The notes under the pieces were generated by a model. That model did no database searches. It saw only the letters and a list, made by a program, of their open reading frames with translations, and was not told the origin of the DNA. DNA of 60,947 nucleotides, the filler included, from Mobula hypostoma (lineage: Eukaryota), in assembly GCF_963921235.1 (NCBI RefSeq). It is 5 parts of 3 records of this genome, joined end to end, with 100 filler letters (N's around TTAATTAATTAA, not from the genome) between each part and the next. Parts side by side here need not be neighbours in the genome. Positions count along the whole stretch, not along the records: positions 23,930 to 29,058 come from NC_086101.1; positions 29,159 to 42,859 come from NC_086101.1; 3 more parts are not named here. The stretch is one strand, 5' to 3'. The position numbers and the translations under genes were made by a program. Position 1 is the first letter of the stretch; each line of letters opens with the position of its first letter. Below, in pieces: positions 25,371 to 37,186 of the stretch.

Positions 25371-25679
25371 ATATAGTTCTTATGATTTTGTATTCTCACT
25401 CTGGTCCCTCTCAGTTTTCTCCACTCGAAACAAAACAAACCCAACCTGGCCAGCCTCTCCTGGTGGCTGAATCTCTCCATCCCAGACCACATTCTGGTGA
25501 ATGTCTGCACCGTCGCCAGTGAAATCAGATGCTTCCTTAGGTGTGGAGGACAGATCTGAATAAATCACTCCCGCCGTGGCCAACTAATGTTTCATATAGT
25601 TGTGGCATAATCACCCTGCTCTCATATTCTGGAAATTTACTCACATTTGGGGTGTGTGTGTGTGTGTGTGTGTGTGTTA

Positions 25680-25882
25680 TGACAAGCTTAGCACCGATCT
25701 TTTGGCATGTCTTGGGCATCTGGCGGAGCCCATCCCTCTCCAGCTTTTCTTACAAGGTCGATTTGCTAGCTCGACACTCAACCCAGCACAGATGGAGTGC
25801 GTGCAAGGGAGCCGGCCGGATTCGAACTCGGGACCTGTCGCCCCGAAGTCCAGCACTGATGCCACTGTGCCACCAGCCGGCC
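25680..25882 (-). mobile_element. tRNA-derived SINE
   Basis: Minus strand GGCCGGCTGGTGGCACAGTGG (A box) ... GAGTTCGAATCC (B box). No full cloverleaf or CCA end. Confidence 0.7.
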
Positions 25883-26071
25883 TATTTGCTATCTATCAGA
25901 AACTAAGTTCTGGATTTTGAGTCAGCAGGTGCTGAGAAGATCAACAATCCCCTGGTTGGTGGTTGAAAGGACTTTATGGGTGGTGACTCCTAGTTATGGG
26001 TGGAAGTCATAAGGACCAGTGACCAACCCCACTTCGCTGGAGGTCCAGGTGAGTCTGGAAGTTGAGTCTCA

Positions 26072-26435
26072 AAAGTCAAACCCATGATCAGTGAGTCCTG
26101 CGGTCTAGGCCCGAAGGTCAAACCCATGATAAGTGAGTCCTGCGGTCTAGGCCCGAAAGTCAAACCCATGATCAGTGAGTCCTGCGGTCTAGGCCCGAAG
26201 GTCAAACCCATGATAAGTGAGTCCTGCGCTCTAGGCCCGAAAGTCAAACCCATGATAAGTGAGTCCTGCGGTCTAGGTCCGAAAGTCAAACCCATGATCA
26301 GTGAGTCCTGCGGTCTAGGCCTGAAGGTCAAACCCATGATCAGTGAGTCCTGTGGTCTCGGCCCGAAGGTCAAACCCATGATCAGTGAGTCCTGCTGTCT
26401 AGGCCTGAAGGTCAAACCTGTGATCAGTGAGTCCC
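26072..26435. repeat. 42-bp tandem repeat, about 8.5 copies
   Basis: Unit GTCAAACCCATGATCAGTGAGTCCTGCGGTCTAGGCCCGAAG. It translates as (MISESCGLGPKVKP)n on plus and (PRPQDSLIMGLTFG)n on minus. Confidence 0.95.
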
Positions 26436-27884
26436 GGGGCAAAGTCCGAAATTGGATGTCCAATGTGTGCGGATCTGAGAGTCTGGGCCCGAGGACTGGA
26501 AGTCCGGAGGTGAACTGTGCAGGGATTGGAGGTCTGTCTGTGTGAGTGAGTGGGTGGGACGGTTGGTGGAGAGGGTAGGAAAGGGGTTTGTTATGCTGTC
26601 GTTGTCTTGTATCATTTTGTTGTTGTTGTTCTACTGAACACTGTGGGCACTGGAATGTATGGTGACAGTTGCAAGCTGCCCCCAGCACATCCTTGGGTGT
26701 AATGGTTCTTAATGCCACTGTATGTCTGGATGTACACGTGACAAATCTGAATCTGATTATTTTGATACTTACAGTGGCAAACCAGAAATGTGCTGGATAA
26801 CATTATTTCACATTCAACCATTGATATGATAGCTGTGGTGATATGAAGTTGCTGCCACAATATTCGTCTGAAATGTACAACAGTGAAGCCCCTGGGTAAA
26901 TTCACAACATATCCTTGCACCCATCACATTTTAACATAGACTTTAATACAGTAAAGCACACATTTGTGGAACAATATTGTTAGACACCACTTTACACAGA
27001 GCAAAAACACCTAAGTCAAGCTATCAATTAGTGTGATTAAGGCAATAACATTAATGTAGCTTTTTTAAAATACATTAAACCAACTAATGTATTGTTTCCA
27101 AACCAGTCATTTCCACAATACCTTTGCTTGGCCAATGACACCAAAATAGGGAAAAGTGCCCACCCATACCCCCCCTCCCCAATGCAGTTAAACCTTGGGG
27201 GATATTCTTTCACCCCCACCACTCCCTTCAGTGATGAAGGCATGGAAGGGGAGCCAGCATCACCCAGCCAAAGTTCAACACTGCAGATGGTAGAGCCATT
27301 TCCTTCTGCTTCCCTCCAACAACATCCACAAGGATTCTGTTTTTGTTTCACTCGTAGCTCCATCCCTTTTACTCTTGCCTTTATATAAGCACCATATTCT
27401 ATCCCTCCTTTCCCCCTCTATATTTCTTCTACTTATTTTATATCCCACAATGTTCAAATTCCTGTCCTCTTTTCTCCCGCACTCATTTGTCTAGATGCTC
27501 CTCATAGTAATTTGGCCTAAACAGACAGTGATGCAACCTGTCAGAATGATCTCCATGTAACAGCTATAGGTTTTTAAGTTTTTTTTGTTGACATACCAAA
27601 TCTCTGCAAACTCCTAACGAAGTATAGTCTCTGTCTTGCCCTTCTTTATATCTGCATCAATATGTTGGGACCAGGTTAGGTCCTCAGAGATCTTGACAAC
27701 CAGGAACTTGAAACTGCTCACTCTCTCCACTTCTAATCCTTCTATGACGATTAGTATGTTTTCCTCCATCTTACCCTTCTTGAAGTCCACAGTCAGCTGT
27801 TTCATCTAACTGACATTGAGTGCAAGGTTGTTGCTATGACACCACTCCACTAGTTGGTATATCTTGTTCCTGCACCCCCTCTCA

Positions 27885-28190
27885 TTGCCACTCCAACAGA
27901 AATTATTTTTTCTCCAGTGTAAGTTCTTCATTGGATATCTGCAGGCTTTAGTTCAGTATCTTGGAACTGCTGATCAAACTCATTTTGTGGAACCACAGCC
28001 GAACCAGTGTCCAATTCCATTTTAATTAATTTGTTGTTCACTTCCGTTGTTGGCCATATTGCTTCTTTCTTGTCATTTTTCACGTTTTAAATCCTAAAGT
28101 TATTCAGTCCTTCGTCACTCTCATCATTATCAGATTTATCATCAACATAGTGCATATTAGTGCTCTTTTTGAAACTGTAACATGACTTTT
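27885..28190 (-). mobile_element. Gypsy-type LTR retrotransposon gag-protease remnant
   Basis: Minus-strand translation contains EVNNKLIKMELDTGSAV (aspartic protease DTG) ... RTYTGEKI, with stops. Confidence 0.7.
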
Positions 28191-28429
28191 TAGATATTTC
28201 TATTTTTTTATAACTGAAGTTATAAATCAAGAAAATATTTAAGAAGTGGACATATTCTTAAAAAATTAACCCTGTGAGAAAGCAAGTCAACTCTGTTTAT
28301 CCTTTGAAGTCCTGTTGAGGGTGCAAACACAGTCCCCCTCCACAAATTGTGCAGTTGAGTAGTCCACATTTAGGACATTGTAGGCATCAGCACAACCCAA
28401 AGTGCAATGGGATAGCTTCATCCTGTGAC

Positions 28430-29058
28430 CTCATTTTTCATTATTTTAAAAATAGACTTTATTCATGATAAAAATATATAGAAGAGGTACAGAAAAAACA
28501 AAACTCCTTCCATTCTTTGTCAGTATATTACATCATTCCTCACCCAACAGCTGCCTCTCAGTGTGTGGTATCAGACGGAGCCTAAGGTGTGGTCCTTCAC
28601 CACAAAGCCTTAGCACTGGCTGACCTGAACTTCGGTGCACCTCTCAGGACATTCTCCTTCAGCCTGGACTGAGCCGTTTGGCAACAGTCCTTCACAGACA
28701 TTTGGCAGTGCTGGAAGACCAAAAAGTTTCAGGCAAACCAAAGGGCATCCTTCACTGAATCGATGATTGTCTGGCACTACCTGATGCCTGACTTGGTGAG
28801 TGTCCCATGGAACAGACTATAGATCAGAGAGTGCTCTGTTATACAGCTGCTGCAGATGAACTGGGACACCATCCCTTAAATCAGACTCCACACCCTCTTA
28901 GCATATTCACAGTCTGCAAAGAGGTATGTGACTGTTTCTTCCCAACCACAACTGTCCCAAAGGCAGCATATGGTGGAGTGATATGTTATCTGTTGAGGAA
29001 GGATTTGACTAGGAGGGCATCTCTTACCACCAGCCAAGTGATGTCTTTGTGCTTATTG
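28430..29058 (-). mobile_element. Tx1-clade LINE 3' end
   Basis: Minus strand VKDALWFA*NFLVFQH...DCCQTAQSRL is a Tx1 ORF2 C-terminus. The T-rich 3' end lies near 28430. Confidence 0.65.
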
Positions 29059-29158
29059 NNNNNNNNNNNNNNNNNNNNNNNNNNNNNNNNNNNNNNNNNN
29101 NNTTAATTAATTAANNNNNNNNNNNNNNNNNNNNNNNNNNNNNNNNNNNNNNNNNNNN
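29059..29158. other. Artificial assembly spacer
   Basis: 44 N + TTAATTAATTAA + 44 N. Confidence 0.95.
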
Positions 29159-29754
29159 GCTTTACCAACCCATCTCTCTGCTTTGTACGCAGACGAACTT
29201 TCGCGCACTGATCAACATCCATTCCATTATTTTGAACTTACTTACATTAAGGAATAAATTAATTTAGCGTGACCAAACAGTCAAATCGCTCATTATTAGA
29301 ACGTGAAAGGAAACGGAAGGACCTAAGGGGAGCCGCTCCGCACATTCAGTAGGGGCGGGGGGCGGGTGAATGCATAAACCCCCACAGACCTCAGAGCCCA
29401 ATGTCACGATCGATCCTGAGTCTCTGAAGCTTGGGGGCAGCAGCTGCGGCTCCACATTGCCACCCGTTCATGCCCATGCTCTATGTTAGCGGTTGAACCA
29501 AGGAGTTTTTGGCTCAGGGATAGCACGCCTCTCACCCCTACTCTGAGACCCCGAGCCGTGGGTATGGTGTAGTGTGTCATTGTGACAAGTGCTGTGGTAT
29601 TTTTCTTTTACCATTTTAACATACGCACCGGGTCAATGTCTTCGGTGAGTTAGTAAACGGGTCGGCTACGGGAGATTGGTGACAATGCAACATTAGGGTT
29701 TCTGTCATTCTTTATAAGTGAGCCATTAATTCGTACATTGGACCTTAGCCAGGA

Positions 29755-29919
29755 GCCACAGCTCCATTCTGAGGAGGTCGGGATAGAATCATCTGCCTTC
29801 CTCTTGGATCTAAGCCTTGGCTGTGGGAATTGAAACGGATCCGGTTGAGTCCACTGTCCCAGCTCACCCCGGAACCCCAGAAGCCCTCAGCTATTCTCGC
29901 CAGTGGCGGCGATCAGAAG
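29755..29919 (+). promoter_or_regulatory. Putative proximal promoter of the VJ-C1-C1 gene (Runx-like AGCCACA, E-box CATCTG, CSL/Ikaros TGTGGGAAT)
   Basis: TGTGGGAA at 29822-29829, about 90 bp upstream of the leader ATG, within a CpG-rich segment. These are motif matches only. Confidence 0.3.
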
Positions 29920-29956
29920 ATGTGGTGGCTCTTGATACTGCCCGTTATTCAAACAG
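29920..29956 (+). CDS. Antigen-receptor-like gene, exon 1: leader MWWLLILPVIQT(G), phase 1
   Basis: Kozak aagATG, donor CAG|GTAGAA. Splices in frame to the V exon to give the 17-aa signal peptide MWWLLILPVIQTGFVLA. It is on the same contig, 0.9 kb upstream of V. Confidence 0.7.
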
Positions 29957-30867
29957 GTAGAACCTCCACGGCAGTCGAAACGCGGCCTTACGTCTGCCAT
30001 CTCCGCCATATGACATAGGGGCATTATTAGACCATTCGACCCGACGGTCTAACCCAGCTGGTTTATTTATTTATTTATTTATTCATTCATTCATCTTTAT
30101 TTATTTAGAGATATAGCACGGAACAGCTCCTTCCGGCCCACGGAACCGCGCCGCCCAGCAACCTGCTGGTTTGATCCTGTTTAATCACAGGACAATTTAC
30201 AACTAAACCTACTAATCAGTGCGTTTTTTGACTGTGCGTTAGAAACCGAAGCGCCCAGAAGAAACCCACAAATACATGGGAAGAACGTACAAATTTTCTT
30301 ACATAGGACGCGGGAATTGAGCTCAGAACTTCAATTCCCGAGCCGTAATAGCGTCGCCCTAACGGCAACGCTGCTGTGGTGCCTTATTATTCCTCTCGCC
30401 CCCACTTTCGTGCCTTCGCTCAGTAACCTCTGACGAACCTGTTCGGGGAATGTCAGATCAGGTGACCGATCGGTACCACAGGACCCCTCCAGTATTCTTA
30501 CCCCCTTGAAAGTGAGTCTGGATTGGTGGCGGTCGGCAGGTAATACATTCTGGAGAAAGTTAGCACAACGAGAAAGTGACAGCTATCACCAACTAGCAGT
30601 TAGATTCAAGCGCAGAAGGAGGCCAATCGGCCCTTTCGGCTTGGGTTGGATCTTTGATCTGAGCTCCATTACTCTCTCCATGTTAACTCTGCAGATTCCA
30701 GCCCACTTCAATAAATATCCAGCTCCCTTTGTGAATTACCGTTCAACCGGCCATCCAGATCATCACTCCATGCATAAAGGAAACTGAACTTTGCTTTTCT
30801 TTCTGCCCATTGTTTTTCGCCCGCTTTGCTTCGCCCTAAATACTTGTGCCTCTGTCTTTAACTGCAG

Positions 30868-31245
30868 GCTTCGTTCTGGCTGACGACACTCTGTACATAT
30901 CCCCGATATCCACGAGCCGTCGCGAAAATGAAACTGTGACGTTGGATTGCTTCACTTCCAGGAATCTAGATGACCATTTCTTCTTCTGGGGGTCCGCGAA
31001 GCCCACGGACCAGTTGATCTCGTGGATCCTGTTCTGGACTCCGGGTTTCACGGCGCCGGTGTACTCGGAACCGAGATCTGACAGGTTCATTGGTTCCAAA
31101 GACTGGACGAGCAAGAAGTTCTCCCTCACTATTCAGGATCTACAGCGGGAGGATTCCGCCAGATATTACTGTGGAACCTCCAACTCCTACTTTTCCTTCA
31201 GCACCGACTGGAGCGGGTGCGGAGTTACCCTTACTGTAGACGCCG
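30868..31245 (+). CDS. Antigen-receptor-like gene, exon 2: germline-joined V-set domain with J-like G strand
   Basis: Acceptor tctttaactgcag|, donor G|GTAAG, 378 nt, phase 1-1. Contains TVTLDC, FFFW, DRFIGSKD, FSLTIQDLQREDSARYYC and WSGCGVTLTV. Confidence 0.93.
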
Positions 31246-31729
31246 GTAAGTGCCCTCTCTTTCTGTTTGTCGGCATCTTCCCTAAGTTACGGCCATAGTG
31301 CCGTGGCGAGAGAATGCTGTGCTCCCAGAGCTCATGGACGCTGCGTGTGATCACCAACCGTTTTGAGAAGCAAGAAGGGTTTCTCTTGACTCAATTTCAA
31401 CAAAGTCCGCTGAACTCAAGCCAAAGGGTTGTAGACTTAGTATGAACGTAGCAGATAAGAGACTAGATCTGGCCTAGTATCTGTTCTGTAATGTAATAAC
31501 ACATCACATTGCTTGCACTAATCCTATGGTTCTTATATCTAAAATATCTATAACTCATCCTGTAATATCAGACAGAGTGTAATATCTACAACTCTTGAAT
31601 CCGAAAACATCTATAACTCTTACATCTTATAATATCCACAACTCATATGTCCTATAATAGCTATAATTCTTAAATCCTATAACATCATCCATCCAGCACC
31701 ACACACTCAGAATACTAGAGGAATTCAAC

Positions 31730-32510
31730 TATGTGAGGCAGCATCAGTGGAAGTGAACAGAGAACGTTTCAGACCAAGACCCTGCATCAAGATTGGAAAG
31801 GAAAAGAGAGCAGAGGCCAGAACAAGGTGGGAAGGTGAAGGAGTACAAGCTGGCAGGTGACAGAAGAGACCAGATGTGGAGATGGTGGGTGGGCTGGTGG
31901 GGGGGAGTAGCGATGAAGTGAGAAGCTGGGATGTGACAGGTGGAATGGGCAAAGGGCTGAAGAAGGAATTTGATAAGGACCATGGGAGAAGGAGAAGGAG
32001 GAGAAGTGCCAGAGGAAGGTGATGGGCGGGAGAGGAGAAGGGACGGGGTAAGAAGGGAGCTATTATGGGAAGTGAAGAAAGGGAGAAGAGGGTACTGGAA
32101 GTTAGAGAAATCAATATTCTTGCCATCAGGTTGGAGGTGGCCTAGATGAAATTTGAGGTGTTGTTGTTCCAAACAGAAAGTAGCCACATCCTGACAGCAG
32201 ACTGACATGTCAGATTAGGAATGGAAATGGGAATGGGAATGGGAAGTAGAATTCAAATGGTTGGCCACTGGGATATTCAAACTGTTGCGGTAGACAGAGT
32301 GAAGGATCTCGACCATCCATGAGCTGACTTTAGGACCAGACATTAGTCTGATATTTTGGATCTCCCCCTCCCCCTCCCACTTTCAAATCTCTTACCAACT
32401 CTTCCTTCAGTTAGTCCTGATGAAGGGTCTTGGCCTGAACCGTCGACTGTACTTCTTCCTAGAGATGCTGCCTGGCCTGCTGCGATCACCAGCAACTTTT
32501 ATGTGTGTTG
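31730..32510. mobile_element. Penelope-like terminal fragments in opposite orientations in the V-C1 intron
   Basis: LEQQHLKFHLGHLQPDGKNIDFSNF on minus. A plus-strand terminal repeat carries a degenerate hammerhead at 32413-32448. Confidence 0.7.
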
Positions 32511-34120
32511 CTGTTTTCAGTCTGATATTGTTAGAATTAATCAGTTAACATACACTTAGTGGCCACTTTACTTGATCACCTGCATCTCAGAATGCACAAC
32601 ACCTGACAGCTTGAAGTGGATGAGCTACAGCAGCCAAAATCCATGAACACACATTCAGAGGCCACCTCATTCAATACAGGAGGCAGCAAATAAAGCAGCC
32701 GCTCGGTGTACATGGTGACCGAAGATACTGCTCGGGATTTGTTCCGTCTCTTTCTAGCCCAGTACACAGTTTGGATTATCTTGTTGTAGGAAGAGTGGAA
32801 AGAATCTTTACGAGAAATTTGCCTCGACCTGTGGGACTGAGATCTAGGTTGAGAGATCTAGAAATTTGTACCTTGGATTGTAGGAGATTGGGGGGGGGGG
32901 CGACCTCAAAGAGGTGTATAAAATCATGAAGGGTTGATGTAGGATGAGAGGTAATCGCACAGTTGTATATGGTGACTTCCCCACACAGAGCGCATTGCGT
33001 ATGTGGAGCACACTGTCAGACAAAGTGGTTGAGCCAGGTACGATGGCGACATCTAAAAGATACTTGGATAACTGCATCTATAGGAAAGATTACTGCGGAT
33101 TTGTCCAAGCGAGGGAAAATGGTACAATTATTATACAAAGACAAAAGAGAATGGGAAAATGAGAATAACGAATTTTGTAACATTTTTGGGACCAGAGAGC
33201 ACAGCCTCGGGGGAGAAAAGACTCCCTTTAGAACAGAGATTAATTGAAATTTCTATCGCCAGAGAGTGGGGAACCTGTGGAATTCTTTGCACAGACGCAA
33301 GGATGACCAAGTCATTGAGAATGTTTAAAGTGGAGGTTGACAGGCTGTTTATTAGTCAGGGCATCTAAGGCTGCAGGAGACGCTGGAGAACGGGTCTAAG
33401 AAGGAAAGTAAATTAGTCATGTTGGAATGACAGAGAAGATGATGGGCAGAGTGGCCTTATTCTGCTCATATGTCTAATGGTCTAGTGGTGGTAGGAAAAC
33501 AGTGAGGAAGTTGAAGTTACCTGAAGGAAAGAAAACTGAGTTAAAACAATCTAACAGGTTTGCAGATTTTACACGAAAAGCGAAGAATACTCAGCTAGCC
33601 TGGCAGCGTCTGTGTAGAAAGAAACAGCATTAGGACCGACTGACCCTCCCAAAGCAAGAAGGAATCTGCTGGTGAAGTTCAGCGGGTTAAGTGGCATCTG
33701 TGGGAGGAAGGGAATTGCAAACATTGCTAAAATTCCCTGGCAATTCATTTTCCTCCGGAAATGCCGTTTGATCCCCTGAGTTCCTCCAGCAGTTTGTTAC
33801 TGCAGATTCCAGCACCGGCATTCTCTTGTATCTCAGTCCGCCTCACTTTTCTTTCCCTCTCTCACTGCATCGTAAAATATCTTGCACTTCGGACTTTCTT
33901 GTTCAAGCTCAGCTGAAACTTGGCTCTTCTTACTGGGGGATTCTGACTGACCTGTCATATGTTTCTCCTGGTTTTATGCTGAATTTCAGATATCTGGCCA
34001 CTGCGAGCCTTTTTTTATAGCTGTTCGCGTAATGTGGTGTGTGTAATTATTTGTGAGTTAGGCCTTCTTGTCCTGTGCGGGTTAAGGTCCTCAGGACAGG
34101 TTAACATTCTTTTATACCAG

Positions 34121-34438
34121 CCCCTCCCCAGTCCCCTCCAGAGGTCTACCTGAATCATCCGAGTCCCAATGATGTTCTCGAGCATCAGGAAATAACTTTG
34201 CTCTGCGTGGCCGAGGACTTCTACCCCGAGCCCATCTCTATTTCCTGGTGGCTAGATGGAGAGGAGGTGGACGCGGGGGTTTCACATTCAGTTTCCCTGC
34301 TGGGGCCCAACGCAACCTACACCAAGATCAGCAAGCTGACGACCAGCACATCCCAGTGGATCAAGGGCTCCGTCTACGCCTGTCGCGTTTCTCATGACAC
34401 TCTCCCCTCACCCATCTCCAAACAAGTCAGCAGTGCCG
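34121..34438 (+). CDS. Antigen-receptor-like gene, exon 3: Ig C1-set domain
   Basis: Acceptor ttttataccag|, donor G|GTAAG, 318 nt, phase 1-1. Reads PPEVYL.HPS...ITLLCVAEDFYPEPISISW...TYTKISKL...WIKGSVYACRVSH. Confidence 0.93.
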
Positions 34439-34639
34439 GTAAGTGTAGATTTTGACTTACTCTGGGGTAGAACACGGTGTGCAGATAGGCTAGAAACTGG
34501 TGTCCCTCGTGCTGTCTCTTGTGATTCACACAAAATGCTGGAGGAACTCAGCAGGCCAGGCAACATCTGTGGAAAAGAGTAAACAGAGATGCTTCGGGCC
34601 GAGACTCTTCATCAGGCCTACTGAGGCCCTCCATCATTT

Positions 34640-36140
34640 TAAGACCATAAGATATAGGAGCAGAAGTAGGCCATTCGGCCCATCGAGTCTGCTCTGCCAT
34701 TCAATCATGGGCTGATCCAATTTTTACAGTCATCCCCACTCCCCTGTTTTTACCCCATACTTTTTGATGCCCTGGCTAATCAAGAAGCTATCTATATCTG
34801 CCTTACGTACATCCAATGACTTGGCCTCCGCAGCCACTCTTGGCAACAAATTCCACAGAATTACCAACCTCTGACTAAAGTAATATCTCCACATCTCAGT
34901 TGTAAAAGAACGTCCTTCAATCCTGAAGTTGTGCCCTCTTGTCCTAGAATTCCCTACCATGGGAAATAACTTTGCCATATCTAATCTGTTCAGGCCTTTT
35001 AATATTTGGAATGTTTCTATGAGATCCCCCTCATTCTCCTGAAATCCAGGGAATACAGCCCAAGAGCTGCCAGACGTTCCTCATACGGTAACCCTGCACA
35101 CAATACTCCAAATGTGGTATCACGAGTGCCTTATAGAGCCTCAAAATCACATCCTGCTCTTATATTCTATACCTCTAGAAATGAATGCCAACCTTGCATT
35201 CGCCTTCTTCACAACTGACTCAACCTGGTTAACCTTTAGGGTATCTTATACAAAGACTCCCAAGTCCCTTTGCATCTCTCTGCATTTTGAATTCTCTCCT
35301 CATCTAAATAATAGTCTACCCATTTATTTCTTCCACCAAAGTGCATGACCATACAATTTCCAACATTGTATTTCATTTGCCACTTCTTTACCCATTCCCC
35401 TAAGCTATCTCAATCTCTCTGCAGGTTCTCTGTTTCCTGAACACTACCCGCTCATCCACCTATCTTTGTATCATCAGCAAATTTAGCCACAAATCCATTA
35501 ATACCATAGTCCAAATCATTGACATACTTCATAAAAAGCAGCGGTCCCAACACGAATCCTGTGAAACTCCACAGGTAACCGTCAGCCACCCAGAATAGGA
35601 TCCCTTTATTCCCAGTCTTTGTTTTCTGCTGACCAGCCAATGCTCCACCCACGCCAGTAACTTCCCTGTAATTCCATGGGTTCTTAACTTGTTAAGCAGC
35701 CTCATGTGCGGCACCTTGTCAAAGGCCTTCTGAAAATCCAAGTACACCACGTCTACTGCATCTCTTTTGTCTACCCTGCTTGTAATTTGCTCAAAAATTT
35801 GCATTAGGTTTGTCAGGCAGGCTTTTCCTTTCAGGAAACCCTGCTGGCTTTGGCCTATCTTGTCATGTGCCTCTCACCCTTAACAATTGATTCCAACAAC
35901 TTCCCAACCACTGATGTCAGGCTAACAGGTCTATAGTTTCCTTTCTGCTGCCTCCCACCCTTCTTAAGTAGTGGAGTGACATTTGCAATTTTCCATTCAT
36001 CCGGTACGGTACAATGCCAGGACCTATCGATTCTTGAAAGATCATCGTTAATGTCTCTGCAATCTCTCCAACTACTTCCTTCAGAACCCAAGGGTCAATT
36101 CCATCAGGTCCAGGAGATTTACCCATCCTCAAACCATTCT
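34640..36140 (-). mobile_element. CR1 LINE fragments in the C1-C1 intron
   Basis: Minus-strand YRPVSLTSVVGK, VYLDFQKAFDKVPH and FADDTKIGG peptides. Confidence 0.85.
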
Positions 36141-36859
36141 GAGCACTTTCTCAGTTGTAATTTTGTGTGTGTTGCTCGTAACTCCAGCATCTGCAGATTT
36201 TTTTCTTGTTTGCTGTCCCTTGGGTATCCCTTTGGTTCACCATGTATATCCCTCCGCTATACCTTTCTATACTATTCCCATTTTCCCACATTATCTCTGT
36301 TGCCTCCTTAGAAGGTAACATGAAGCATGGCTCCAGGGCAACATCCTGTACACCGTTAATCTTCAGGCGACTTGTGCTGATATGATTTTTGTGATTATTT
36401 CTGAGACAACCATTCACCGATACAGGAACTGCATTTTCTCCTCCACCGTCAAATTACTGAATGGACAATGAACCCATGAACACGACCTCCTTTTTCACTG
36501 TGCCTGTTATTTTTCCTCTCATTTAGCACTGCTTATTTTGTTTAGTTTACGTACACTTCTCACTGTAATTTACAGCTTTTTATTATTATGCATCTCAATG
36601 CATGTCTGCCACAAAACAACAAATTTCACCAGGCATGCCGTCGATATTAAACCACATTCTGATTCTGATCGTAAATGCTATTGTATCAATATGTGGTGTG
36701 TGCTGTGTGTGGCTGAATGTGTGGTATTTTGCACCTCGGTCCTGGAGAAACAATGTTTTGTTTATCTGTATGAATGTGTATGATTGAACAACCATTAAAC
36801 TTGCACTTAAACATGGATAAAACTTGCACATTAAGCACGTGTAGTTCTGATTGTGACAG

Positions 36860-37186
36860 GACAATACCCGATGGTGCCCAGGATTCATCTTTTACCACCG
36901 ACCCTTGAAGAAATGGACATTATGGAGCAGGCTACCATCACCTGCCAGGCAGCGGGCTACTACCCCACTGAAATCTCCTTCCGCTGGTTTGTTGATGGCA
37001 ATCCGGTGCTCACAGACATCAAAAACTATGCATCCATTCTGAATGACAACGGTACCTATAGCTCCCAGAGCGAACTGGTGACGTCTACAGAGAACTGGAA
37101 CCAGGGCTCGGTGTACTCATGCAGAGTTCAACACATTTCACTGCCGAGTGGGATGATCCAAAGCATTAAGAGGAAGGACACAGAAG
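36860..37186 (+). CDS. Antigen-receptor-like gene, exon 4: second Ig C1-set domain
   Basis: Acceptor gtgacag|, donor G|GTAAG, 327 nt, phase 1-1. Reads PRIHLLPPTLEE...ATITCQAAGYYPTEISFRW...NGTYSSQSEL...WNQGSVYSCRVQH.SL. Confidence 0.93.

Noticed and set aside
25680-25882. tRNA gene
   Set aside because: It has A and B boxes only, followed by a SINE body, with no complete cloverleaf.
26072-26435. CRISPR-like array or repeat-protein gene
   Set aside because: The units are contiguous with no unique spacers, the context is eukaryotic, and no splice or promoter support was seen.
30868-37186. Identification as a standard IgW short form, germline-joined IgM/IgL, IgNAR or TCR chain
   Set aside because: The V domain lacks VH motifs (WVRQ..GK.LEW, WGxGT) and NAR features. 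There is no CH1 light-chain cysteine. Two C domains exclude IgL and TCR, and there are no RSS or D/J segments.
30868-37186. Identification as SIRP (V-C1-C1 with SGxG)
   Set aside because: The architecture matches, but both C1 domains have Ig-constant motifs unlike SIRP C1, and no transmembrane or ITIM exon was found. It is not called, but phylogeny is needed to exclude it.
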